DNA of 50,816 nucleotides from Basidiobolus ranarum (Eukaryota): NCBI GenBank assembly GCA_040143965.1, contig JASJQH010006892.1, positions 1 to 50,816 of the forward strand, read 5' to 3'. Shown piece by piece: positions 38,042 to 49,389 of this stretch (position 1 is its first letter; each line of letters starts with the position of its first letter). The notes under the pieces were generated by a model. It saw only the letters and a program-made list of their open reading frames with translations, ran no database searches and was not told where the DNA came from. The position numbers and the translations under genes were made by a program.

Positions 38042-39345
38042 GTCTTCTCATCTCCACAACATCATCCTTCACTCACAGGTCAACAATTCTTTTTGTTATT
38101 TGCCGTAAATAAATAAATCATCTACTAGTGACTTGATGCTCATCTGATTGGTTCAGCACACATGTATTTATTTATGGTACAGATGGAGATATTCTGATCG
38201 ATGCTCGGCGATAATAAGCAGTGTCTCTCATTATGTATTATAAGGGGATGTAGCAGGTGTTGCTTAGAGTGTATCGGCAAATATCCAAGCCCGGTGATTC
38301 ATGTCTTATATTAGGAATTTCCATCGAGGTGTATCAAGCTATCGAGTGCTGAATCCATCATGCCTATAGTATCCTCATCATTGATCACTAGACAGCTATC
38401 GATGAACCTATTCTTACTTAATAGAGAAGAAAGTATCATTAGGTTAGGGAAAGCAAGTTAGGAAAGGCATTATCACGCTATGGGGAAAGCTTAGGGGAAA
38501 CTCACAATTGCTCTTCATTAATTTAGTCTCTACCAAGTCAGTTCAATAAGGATTAAAAAGGAGTAGCATATGCTGACATTTACATATCATCAACACTGAC
38601 AAAGCAAACTCGTACGTTGTCAGCCTCATTTGTCAGCTTCATTATTCCACGAAAGGAATATTTATTTATAGCTGGGGGAAGGCCGAGGTGAATTGTAGTG
38701 GCAGAGATGAACTGTAGTGTCTGAAGTAAGCGAGAGTTGGGTGTGTATATAGTATAATTGTGACTAAGAATGCAGGTATGGCCACGGGTATGACTAAGGC
38801 TGGATGGTTCTATAAAGTTTTGACCTCCGCAGCGCTGTAAATATGAGAGGAAATGCAGCTGCAGGATTGAAAGAAGTAGGATTAAAAGAGATAGGATTGA
38901 AGTAAGCGCACCAATATTACCATGTATAGCATTACTCAGTTATGCAAAACATTACTATGGTTCTGCGTACTTGATTATGAAACATTGGATTCAACTCAAC
39001 ATCCCCCAGTCATCAGGTGTTAAATCGAGATCATCTTACTCTCTTTACCCATTTCGCTAAGGCCATGATAAATGTTCAAATGAAGAGTCAGGGGTTCAAA
39101 TGGGTATCTATTTCAATCCCTTTATGATTCTGAGAGAGCCAATACTATAAGCCACTTCAATAAACACTCGAGTGCTAAACCCCCAACTCATCCGAAATAG
39201 ATTAATTCAAACGGTTATTGGATAGCGGTTATTGGATACAATCATTAACCAAGTATGCAAGCCACCATCATACCATAGTGATTATAAGTGATATAAACCT
39301 CCTCTACGTTTCTATATTCCACATTCTCATTATTCATCATTTACT

Positions 39346-39657
39346 ATGCTTTCCAACAGCTTTTTACGCACAATCTCTAAACGCACAAAGTCTTTTTGGA
39401 GTAAAACGAAATTTTCTCAAATGTCTAGCGATACTACTTCGCTTACCGATTCTTTACTATCGGACGTTGACACTGTAGAGATGTTTGATGAACTTCATGA
39501 GCTACTAAATTCTCCAAAGCTTCAACGGTATGCTGCTCAAGATATCGAGCTTACACATGAACATGAGTTAGAACTTGAACTTGCCAGGCTGACTGGACTC
39601 ATCGAGAAAAGCGCTATGTACCGACTTACGGAACAAGAACACACCTTGACCATATAA
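39346..39657 (+). CDS. Orphan small protein, tandem family copy 1
   Basis: Shares DEL..L....RY..QD..L...EL.LELA.LT.L.E with the two downstream copies. TATA-like TATAAA upstream. Confidence 0.75.
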   Translation: MLSNSFLRTISKRTKSFWSKTKFSQMSSDTTSLTDSLLSDVDTVEMFDELHELLNSPKLQRYAAQDIELTHEHELELELARLTGLIEKSAMYRLTEQEHTLTI

Positions 39658-40423
39658 AATGGGACATATTAACCATGTAAAATGGGATATTTTCATTCCA
39701 CACCTTTTGTAAATAGTCATCCCCATCATAATAACTGTAATCTACCAAATGCACACAACTATCTCTAATCATGTATATGCAACTTAACACTGTCTAAACA
39801 ATAACAATTAAACTAAATCTGCTTCAATCTATGATTTAGATTTATGGGGCATCTAAACATATCACTTGTATACGAGCTTACTCACAAATTGCAATATTAG
39901 TGGTGAACAGTCGGATGGCAAAATACAACATCAATAATGAACAGTCAGATGCCCTAAACCTCGCCACAACTACCTAGACCTGTCTAGAGTCAAAAAATGA
40001 AGCTTTGTGTGTACACCGAGGTGATAAGCTGGATTTAACCGAAACATTCTAGACAGTACACAACGCTCACACAACATTGCAAGACTATATGAATTATGAT
40101 AATGAATCTGAGATTGGCTATGTCTAGATCGTCTATCGCCTCCCTTAATTCTCTCCACTTTACCCAGCATTCTGTCTCATTAGTCAATGAAGAATAGAGT
40201 GCCCCCATAAGTGACTGCTAATGAAAACCTTTTGCATTACACAGTAGAGACAATCAATCTATAATCCCTGAGCTACAGCTTTCAGCCGTAGGACCGAAAT
40301 AGGGATCTCTTCATATTTGTATCGGTGTTACTTCAAAGTCAAGATAGTATAAAGAGACTCGCATCCGAGATCATTCTCATAATTCAGTCAGAACCGAAGC
40401 CTACTACGAATCCCAACCTCATT

Positions 40424-40759
40424 ATGTTCAATCTACTCCATAACTTGAAGTCAAAAAGAGATGCCCGCAAGCTGCAAAAATCCATTCGTAAGAATTCCTC
40501 CGATTACACTTCCATTTCAACCTTGGATACCCTCAGTCGGAGTAGTAGCTCAGCCCTATCCTTTGAGTCGGAGAACGCCCCAAGCATTGACGAACTTGAG
40601 TTCATCCTAGAAAACACAAACAAGCACCGCTACTCTGAACAGGATGTTCAACTCAGTATGGCACAGGAACTGGACCTTGATTTAGCAAAACTCACTAGCC
40701 TTCTTGAAAGAGGAGAGAAACGCCGTTTAGCATCCCAAGATTTCAGTCCAGTGTTATAA
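40424..40759 (+). CDS. Orphan small protein, tandem family copy 2
   Basis: MFNLLHNLK..DELEFILENTNKHRYSEQDVQLSMAQELDLDLAKLTSLLERGEKRRLASQD. Confidence 0.8.
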   Translation: MFNLLHNLKSKRDARKLQKSIRKNSSDYTSISTLDTLSRSSSSALSFESENAPSIDELEFILENTNKHRYSEQDVQLSMAQELDLDLAKLTSLLERGEKRRLASQDFSPVL

Positions 40760-41298
40760 TTACACACAGGAATCATATCATAATCAATGTGAATAGCACT
40801 CAATCCATATGTACATAAGTAAACTCCAACAATCATAGCACTATATGTAATAGTGACCCATCGATATGACCCATCGATATGCCCCATCTGAACTGAAAAT
40901 AAATGAAGCCTGTCATAAACCTTAGTCATAAAAGTTCTAGTATTGATTGATTATAAATAGTTTAAACAGTAGTATCTTGGCATAAGCTACGACATGAGTA
41001 GTAACACAAATGGAATTTTTCCGAAGTCCCTGGCTTGAATTTTTAGTGGCAGTTAATCTATGTAGCACGGATCTTATCTTGAAAATATATCCAGAAGATG
41101 AAAGAAGGTCCGGACCGCACCAATAGTCCTTGAACATATATGAGACATTGAGTTGCACAATGTGTGATCTTACCTCGCAAGCCTCTTTTCTTCATCCATA
41201 TCAATGGTTTGTGTGACTTTGGCCCTTCTCTCTGATCGTATTTAAACGACTTGTAGCCGTTGGAGGCGGACCATCCAAATTGTATCCATTTTCTCAAC

Positions 41299-41637
41299 AT
41301 GCATATTCTCCAAATCTTCACTCAACTCAAAACTCGCAAGGGCAACAAGATGCAGCATTCAGATTTTAAGGACCTCTCTGACTATGTCTCCATGTCAATC
41401 TCTGCCAACACCAGTCTCAGTAACGTCTCAATCTCAACCCTTGACTCTGACTCTACACTCAATGTTGACGAACTGGAATACATCTTCGAAAGCACTCACA
41501 AAAACCGCTATTGCGAACAGGATGTTCTTTTAAGCGCAGAGCAGGAGCTTGACCTCGAATTAGCTAAACTCACCGGACTTTTGGAAAGAGGAGAGAAACG
41601 TCGTATGGCCTCTCAAGACTATGACCCAACTATATAA
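41299..41637 (+). CDS. Orphan small protein, tandem family copy 3
   Basis: MHILQIF..DELEYIFESTHKNRYCEQDVLLSAEQELDLELAKLTGLLERGEKRRMASQD. Confidence 0.8.
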   Translation: MHILQIFTQLKTRKGNKMQHSDFKDLSDYVSMSISANTSLSNVSISTLDSDSTLNVDELEYIFESTHKNRYCEQDVLLSAEQELDLELAKLTGLLERGEKRRMASQDYDPTI

Positions 41638-41981
41638 GCATCTAAAGCTTCCACTCTCAGTCAACCGTAACACTCAATGTGAATAGTAGCATAAACCTTA
41701 CCAATGAATGTATATAGTAACTTTAAGTCATGTAAAAATAACATTGTAACATCACCCTGAATGAATAAATTCCTTCATCACAAAAATTTATGTTAACGCG
41801 AGTAATTAACTATTATTAAGTTAGTAATTTCCCCTGTACTAGTTGCATATTAATACGATTTGTGTGGGAAATCCTTCGATAATTCATGATTTCATGAATA
41901 AACAGGAAAGATTCTTGAAGTACGCGTAATTTCTAAGCATAAAGATAACCACCTGCTTATTCAACTAATGGTTCATGATTA

Positions 41982-41993
41982 AGTCACGTGACT
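41982..41993. promoter_or_regulatory. Perfect palindrome AGTCACGTGACT (Cbf1/bHLH E-box) upstream of the complex I subunit gene
   Basis: 12-bp palindrome containing GTCACGTGAC, about 170 bp before the ATG. Confidence 0.5.
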
Positions 41994-42165
41994 GAAATTT
42001 TTTATTTGCATCAACCCCACTGAGCTCTTGATATCCTGGGGCCCCAACGAAATTTCACACAGAGTATAGCTACAACATCCACAAAGAGGTTAGATTATTG
42101 CGGTCGTTCTCTTTGACTTTGGATCTCCTGTTGTTTTTCCTAGAATATTATTTTAAATTACAATC

Positions 42166-42853
42166 ATGTCCTCTTTCTGGAAGAAAATTGGTAGACTTCT
42201 TTGGGTGGTAGGTTATATTTTATTATTAAGAAGAATTCCTTTTATTTCGTTTGAAGAATTTTCTATACAATGCAAGGAAAATGACTTTACAAATTATTGA
42301 TTTTTATTTTTATACTAGAATCCTGAATTTTCCGAGTCCATGTTGACTCCAGGAAAATACCGTATCCCCTCACCTGGGTATATATATTTTTATTGTTATT
42401 ATTGGGTTTTATCTTCAATTATTCAACATTAATGGTCGTTTTTAGTTCTCAACCTGCGTATTCTAAAGCTCCTACTGAAGTTACCAAAGTTCACCACAAC
42501 TACTACTTCAATCGTGATGTGCGTCGTAACTACCCTCGTACCCATACATATACTCAACAAGATCTTGCCAAATTGTTGACTGCACCCAAGCAAGAAAGGT
42601 TAGTTTTAATCATTCAATATTGACTGCCAAAATTCAATCGTAACTAAAACATATTCAAACTAGTCTTACTGCTGGAGAGGCCGCTCCTGTTGCTCAGATA
42701 ACCTCTCTTACTGAAGCGGTTAATCAATCCGCACTTCTTAACTCCCAAAGACTTCCACCTACCCCACCTGGTCGTCGTTATAAATTCAAACCATCCAGTG
42801 ATGCTCCTGCCCCTCCCGAGTTCACTTATTTCCCTATGTACTATGTTAACTAA
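42166..42853 (+). CDS. NADH:ubiquinone oxidoreductase accessory subunit, NDUFA7/21.3-kDa type
   Basis: Spliced MSSFWKKIG..YRIPSPGSQP..NYYFNRDVRRNYPR..TQ..LPPTP..YFP. Three coding introns. Confidence 0.8.
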
Positions 42854-44023
42854 ATACATTCCTCACATTGTCTTGCACTCCACTTACGCATCAACATCCA
42901 AATATATCTTTTGTTGTGAAACGTTTACAGCACCATATTGTGTGTCTTTATATCGTTTAAACATTGATTCATAATTAGGGATAGTGTAATTGTATTTAAG
43001 CCTTCGATTGAATACGCAACATATATAAGATAATTTAATGTAGTGATTTGATAGTGAATTGATGAAAGCATCTCTTTTATCAAATCTACTTGTCTTAATG
43101 AAGTGAACCAGTGAAAGTAACAAGGTAATAGTCATTTTTATAGATTCTTGGTTAACTAGAAGTAGTCACAGAAATATCAAAATATATATCACAAACAAAT
43201 GGAGGTGTTTAATTAAACAAACTGTATCTTCATTTCGAATCATATTATATTGACTATGGGAACGAATATTACCTGAACATGTTTGGAAGTTTCAAAAGAA
43301 CCATAGAATGACCATGGATTACACTGGAAAGAGAAAGTGTGAGATGACCAAATACATATTGTAGGTCTTTATTGGTAATAATTTAGAGATACAGGTTGAA
43401 GACTACTCATATTATAGAAATTTTGAGAAGGTTTGTGAGGAGTATTTGGTATATGGGCGTAGTAAGATAACAATAGCTACAGCGGAATAGATTGCTCTAA
43501 TCGTATATTCCAAGTAACCATTTTCAAATGATTAAATTAAGTTAAAATTTTATGAAATATGCTTACCCGCTTGGCATATATCTTTACCGCTAGTTCAATT
43601 TAGGCTATTTGAAATACAACCTATCTTCACTTATTATCTTCTTATAGTAAACATAGCTTTAGGAAACTTGGGGATGTTCAATTCTCCATCTTGGATATCT
43701 ATTTGTGAAGGAAAATTTGCCGGGATTTCCTAATAAAATGATGGTTGATAGATTATCCATCCATTAGGATATGATTGGCTATAAACATTTAAAGATCAAC
43801 CGAGTTTCTTTTTTGATGTTGGTTTTTTTACTAGGTGGCTGATAAAAATACCTCCTTAAGGACATGGAAAAAGGGTTCACCATATGTAAGGGGCGTATCT
43901 GAAGTGGGACTTCTAAAAATAATATTAGGGTGATGGGTTTATTGGTTCAATAATAACCGAGAATTAAATACAGTAGTGGGTGATGAATAAGGAAATCCCA
44001 GATCGGATTGGTGATTGGTAAAT

Positions 44024-44686
44024 TTATACATGCTGCATCTTCATTTGTCCAACTGGTAGAGATACATAGGAGGTCTCTTTGGTAATGATAACTGATGCAG
44101 CAGTATACCAAGCGACCAAAGCAGTGATGACTCCAAACCAACCCGCAGCTTTATTACATTCGGGTTTGTTGGCAAAGGCACCAACGGTCAAAAGAATATA
44201 GGTAATAAGCAGAAAGAAAAACAAGAAGAACATGGAACGAGCTCCCTTAAGAGAGCCAAGAAGCATGATCAAGGTAAAGATAGTCCAGCCCAACAGGAAG
44301 TATCCCAAAGCTATGTTGAATTTACCATCGGTATAGGAAGCTTCAATACGGAACGCAGGTGTGAGAAGTGCAGCAAAAGAAACCCAAAATCCACCATAAG
44401 AAGAGAAAGCGGTGGCTCCAATGACATTACCACATTTGAACTCCCACATACCAGCACATATCTGAGAAATAACGTTCGTTAGAAAAACTCTCAGAAAGAA
44501 TCAGTTTCTAGAGATCAAAGTTACCTGCACAAAACCACCGTAAAAGAAGGCAAGACTGCACACGACATTGGGGACGTCAGTGCCAATACCCGTGTTGACC
44601 AAGGAAAGTACGAATGTAGTCAAAGCGAACCCGGAAAGTCCTAGAGCACTAGGGTTTGCAATAGGTCGTGGTCTATATTCTGACAT
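44024..44686 (-). CDS. GPR1/FUN34/YaaH (Ady2/SatP) acetate transporter
   Basis: ANPSALGLSGFALTTF, FYGG.VQ..AGMWEF, SSYGGFW. Intron 44524-44462. Confidence 0.95.
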
Positions 44687-45455
44687 AGTAAAAGTGTATT
44701 ATTCTAAGATTGAATGTGTTGAGAAATTTTTATCGTTCACGTTAGTTTATATACTACTGCTCCATCCTGGAATGACCATTTAGTCAATGTCATTGCATAG
44801 AGAGAATTGCTAAATCCAGCTACTAGACTATATCGCGGCATTCTCCTCTTGTAGATTTCGCCGCAAAAGGATTAATAGTCTAGTTAGTGCATCGGAGTTG
44901 ACAGACTAGTATCAGACTCGATAAATACTGGGCCATTGGCTGAGTTCGAATGTGGCATATATGGTATCACAAATTTAGGATGATCTCGGCATCCCAATTC
45001 CCAAATAAGCTTCTTCATCCTACTGAGAGCGATATACAACATTGGATTTGTTTGTTGAATAGCTATATTGGTTACTTATAGGTCAATAAATCCAACCCAT
45101 CACAGTTAGGAAAGCTGTGAATATAGTTTGCCGAAAGTCTAATGACGATTGTTTCCGACCGCTTAAATTTGGAAGAACTAGGCTGCAACGTGGTATCAGA
45201 AGAGTATTTGAAAAGTGGGTAGTTGGGGTGAGCGATGTCTATGGTCCTCCGCAGATCTCTAGATTTTCGGACTTTCTAAAGGAGAAATCAACTCACGCAA
45301 TGTTGTGAATATGGTGGCTGATGGAGAATGGCTATTGGGAGAATTGAGAAGTGTAAAATCCAATCAGGCACTACGAGCTCCAGCCTAGAGAGGCTTAATA
45401 AATATAGTTAAGCAACATCCTATTATTAGTCAATGCACAAGTGCTTGTTTGTGCC

Positions 45456-45557
45456 AAATAGGCACTGAAGGTTGTATCAGAAGCGTGCAATTGACAATGC
45501 GAAAGGTTTATTTGTTCTAAATAGGCACTGAAGTTAGTATCAGAAGCGTGCAATTGA
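45456..45557. repeat. Direct repeat, two copies of about 39 bp with a 63-bp period
   Basis: AAATAGGCACTGAAG(GTT/TTA)GTATCAGAAGCGTGCAATTGA at 45456-45494 and 45519-45557. Confidence 0.85.
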
Positions 45558-45681
45558 TTTAGTAACACATTGATCATAAAGGGAAATCTCTACACTGACA
45601 GGCCGTAGCTGTGGTTATCCTGTGAATATCTATTCTAAGTAATGGACGATATTTAGTAATGGACAACACGTCGCTCAAAAG

Positions 45682-46387
45682 CTATTGCGCTATTTTTGCA
45701 ATGCTTACAACTGGTCTATCATCAAATAGTTTTTGTCCATCACTTATCCATGGGTAGTAGAACTCATCTATTGTCTCATATCCAGGTAAATTTACAACTA
45801 GGAGTTGAGGGCCCGAAACAACTCCGCCCTGGGTGCCTTTGGTAATGGTAATGTCTACACAATTCATGTAGTACTCTCGATTTGCTTGCGCATTGATCCA
45901 AGACCATGCAAAGATGGCCTCGCCCTCATCCAACTCTGCTGGCAGCTTGACTGGGATGTTGGTTCCAGTAACTGTCATACAATCCTTCATGATATCTTTA
46001 ATAACCACAAATGTCTCTCCGTCATACGACACTGCAAACTGACAATGGCCTCCCATATGGGTGTTAGGTCCAACTATCTCCACTGGGATCTCTTCACCAG
46101 CTTCGAAGTTTGCTTGACTAGGCCCTTTTGCTTTACCCTGACATGGGTAGCTCTATTGTAGGAAGAAAGATGATTAGCCACGCTCCTATAGAACCGACCA
46201 TAAAAGTACTTACCCTTGCTCCATCCAATGGTGAGGGAACATCAAAATCTGGATCATTTTTGCTGTAGAATGGACTCCATACAGATCCACGAGGATATGG
46301 AAATTTTAATTCCATATGAGCCACTGCTAAGTGCGAAAAAAGGGCGAAACTTAGGAAGCTTAATAATGTCACTTTGATGGTCATCAT
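45682..46387 (-). CDS. Secreted lytic polysaccharide monooxygenase, AA11-like
   Basis: Signal peptide ending AVA followed by His1 (HMELKFP), YPCQG, THMGGHCQFAVSYD, AWSWIN..NREYYMNC. Intron 46213-46153. Confidence 0.85.
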
Positions 46388-46828
46388 TGGAATGGCTTAT
46401 GGGCTAGAAAGAACTCGGATTGGATTGAGAGGATTGAGTTCACTCGGATTTAAGTAGTTTTTGAAAAGCGCTTGTTGATTTGTTTCAATAGCCATTCATT
46501 CATTACATTGTAGTTACTTCGATTGTATGGATAAATAATGCCGATCTGACTCTGGATTGATAAATGATGCGAATTGGAAATAAATTATCGTTAATTTAAC
46601 AATGTTTCAATACAAATCGTGTTGCATCTAATTAGATCATTATTGTATGTTGTACTAGGGGTGCGGAGCAATTACAAAGAACAATAGATTGTTTTCTAAC
46701 TAGATTTTATGGCATATAATCGATCACAGCAGTAACAGAAGAGTTGGTAACTTTCTCCTAGTTGGATTAATCCTCGGAACTTTTGAAATTAAGGATGGTT
46801 TAAGTAAATCCATTCTTAAATCAAGAAA

Positions 46829-46914
46829 GTATCCTTTTTTTTTCATTTTAGTCGGAAAATGATGATTAATATTGTTGTATCATGAAATACGAGTATCAGT
46901 TTTAACTTGAACGG
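46829..46914 (+). other. Candidate U12-type intron in the PRP9 5'UTR, non-canonical 3' end
   Basis: GTATCCTTTT at 46829 and TTTTAAC at 46900-46906. No AG lies between this branch-like motif and the ATG. Confidence 0.5.
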
Positions 46915-46917
46915 AAA

Positions 46918-48859
46918 ATGGATAACGTTTTGGAAAAACAGCGTAGAACACACGAAGAAATCGAACGTTTGGAGCAAGCCATCGTAGATCAGTTTCTTGC
47001 TGAAACCACTGCGGTATATTATGTTTCTTTATACACTACTATCCGAATTTCAACTGATCCTTTGCGTCAACACAGCATCGTGCAAAGCTTGCAAGAGATC
47101 ACAAAGTTAACGAATATGTGGACTCCATAACATCAAAAAGTCAAAATCTCCTAAATCTTTATGAGGATAAAGACGGGTAGGTGGAGACGCGCTATATCTT
47201 GAAATCATTGCACGTTTTTAATATGCTATCGAATTAGGGCAAGAGCTGCTGAAATAGAAAAGATCTCTGGTGCTTCGGAATTTAGCGAGTTTTACCAACG
47301 TCTAAAGGATATTAAAGATTATCATAGACGATACCCCAATGAAGTCGTTGAGCCTATGGAGCTTGAATTCATGCAACAAGAGTATGATGAAGAGAATGAT
47401 GGTAAGTACAGAGGGCGCGTGCATTCTGTCGGCTCCTATCACTAACAAAGTACTCTTTAACAGGCCTCGATAGACTTTTCTCTGGTGAAGAAGGATTTGG
47501 AAAGTATCTCGATTTGCACGCACTTCACGATCAGTTCGTGAACCTCAAGAACGTAAAGAAATTAAATTATTTAACTTATCTGAGCGAGTTTGATAACTTT
47601 GCAACTATTCCAAAACAAGCCAAAAACTTGGAGTATAGAAAGTAGGTTTTCATTTAATATTTCATATGGAAATCAAAACTCATGGAGATCATTTCAATCA
47701 TAGATATATCCAATCTTTACAAAGCTATTTGGAGGATTTCATAAAACGCGTGAACCCTTTGAAAAATCTCGACCAAATAAAGCGTACTGCCATTGAGGAG
47801 ATGAGTGTGCAATGGGAAAAAGGCACTTATCCAGGATGGGAGCGGTCACAGAGTTTAGAGGATGAGTCGATGAAAAAAGATTTATTCTGTCCTGCTTGTA
47901 AGATTTCTTTAGACCGATTTATGTCGCGACATTCTTTAACATCATTGCATATCATAGGTAAGAAGCAATATTCCAAAAATACCGTATACGAGGCTCACTT
48001 GAAAAGTCGAAAGCACATGAAAGCAGCAAACAACCTCTTAAACAATGGTGGTGTTGTAGATCCTCTGGAGGTGGAAAAAGCTCAAAAGCGCGAGGAAAAA
48101 AATAAAGATGATCGTGAAAAATCAATTGCACAAACCGAAGCGCTGATAGTAAAACTCGCTGAAGTACTCGGTAAAGAAAGAGAAGACACGAAAGCAAACG
48201 TGGAGCGAAAGCAAACCTTAACGGATAAGGAGAGAAATGTAGGCATATCTTTCGAGAACTATCACAACATGATCTCGATGATTAATTGTTCCTTTCATGT
48301 AGTTGGAGGTTGAAGCTGAAGAGGTTGAGGTGGAGGATTCGGATTCTGAGGATGAAGAGCGAATTTACAATCCCTTAAAGCTTCCGCTTGGTTGGGATGG
48401 TAAGCCCATTCCTTACTGGTTATACAAGCTACATGGATTAGGAGTAGAGTATACCTGTGAGATTTGCGGTAACTATGTCTATATGGGCAGGAAAGCATTT
48501 GATAGACACTTTCAGGTAATATTGTAGATCGTAATAGCGTCATTGTTTTTGTACTCAACTAGTCTATATTCAAGGAATGGAGACATGCTCATGGTATGCG
48601 TTGCCTTGGCATTCCTAACACAAGACACTTCCACGATATAACATTAATCGAAGATGCCTATGCTCGTAAGTTGTGTATGCATTGTTGATATTGTGATCCA
48701 ATCTAACGTAGTTTACTTCAAACAGTGTGGGACAGACAGAAGGTGAGTAACAAAACAGAAGACTTCAAATCCGAAGTAATGGAGGAGTTCGAGGACGCAG
48801 ATGGCAACGTTTTCAATCGCAAAACATACGAAGATCTTAAGAGACAGGGACTCATTTAA
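46918..48859 (+). CDS. PRP9: U2 snRNP splicing factor SF3a60 (Prp9/SF3A3)
   Basis: [85 protein letters not shown]. Confidence 0.97.
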
Positions 48860-49389
48860 TCTATTCTCTATTTTTCGAGGCTTTCTTAGCTGTAAACAAC
48901 ATCTCTTCTCTTTCTTCTTTACATTAAAAATCCATGTAAAAATCTAAGTGCATCATCCTTGAACATACTAAACGAATTTAATACGGCCCGATACTCTTGG
49001 TAGTAATTCTTTTTTCTCCAATTTGTTCTACGCTTTGGTCGATATGCCATTCCCTTGCGCAACTGAGCATCTTAGTTGCATGGCATGTGGACTGTTTCGT
49101 TACTTGTTTCATTAGCACACAAGTTTAGTCACACAAGATGCCAAGAAATGAATCTTGGCTTTTATATTCAAGAATATTTACCCATATGCTCTTATCCGTA
49201 TGCTCTCTTGATTTAATATATTATTCGTAATTCTGCGACGGGCACTTTTCATTCGTTGACAATGATTCGCATATTATATATCAAATATGGTAACGGGTGA
49301 TGACATATATAACAAAGTAATCATCATAGCTTCGAGTATATATCTCCTGTAACAAACAATAACCTGAATATAGAGCTGCTAAACCTTTG

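Noticed and set aside
45456-45557. Repeat-spacer-repeat resembling a mini CRISPR array
   Set aside because: Eukaryotic context, only two units, no cas genes, and the flanks are also partly similar, as expected for a tandem duplication.
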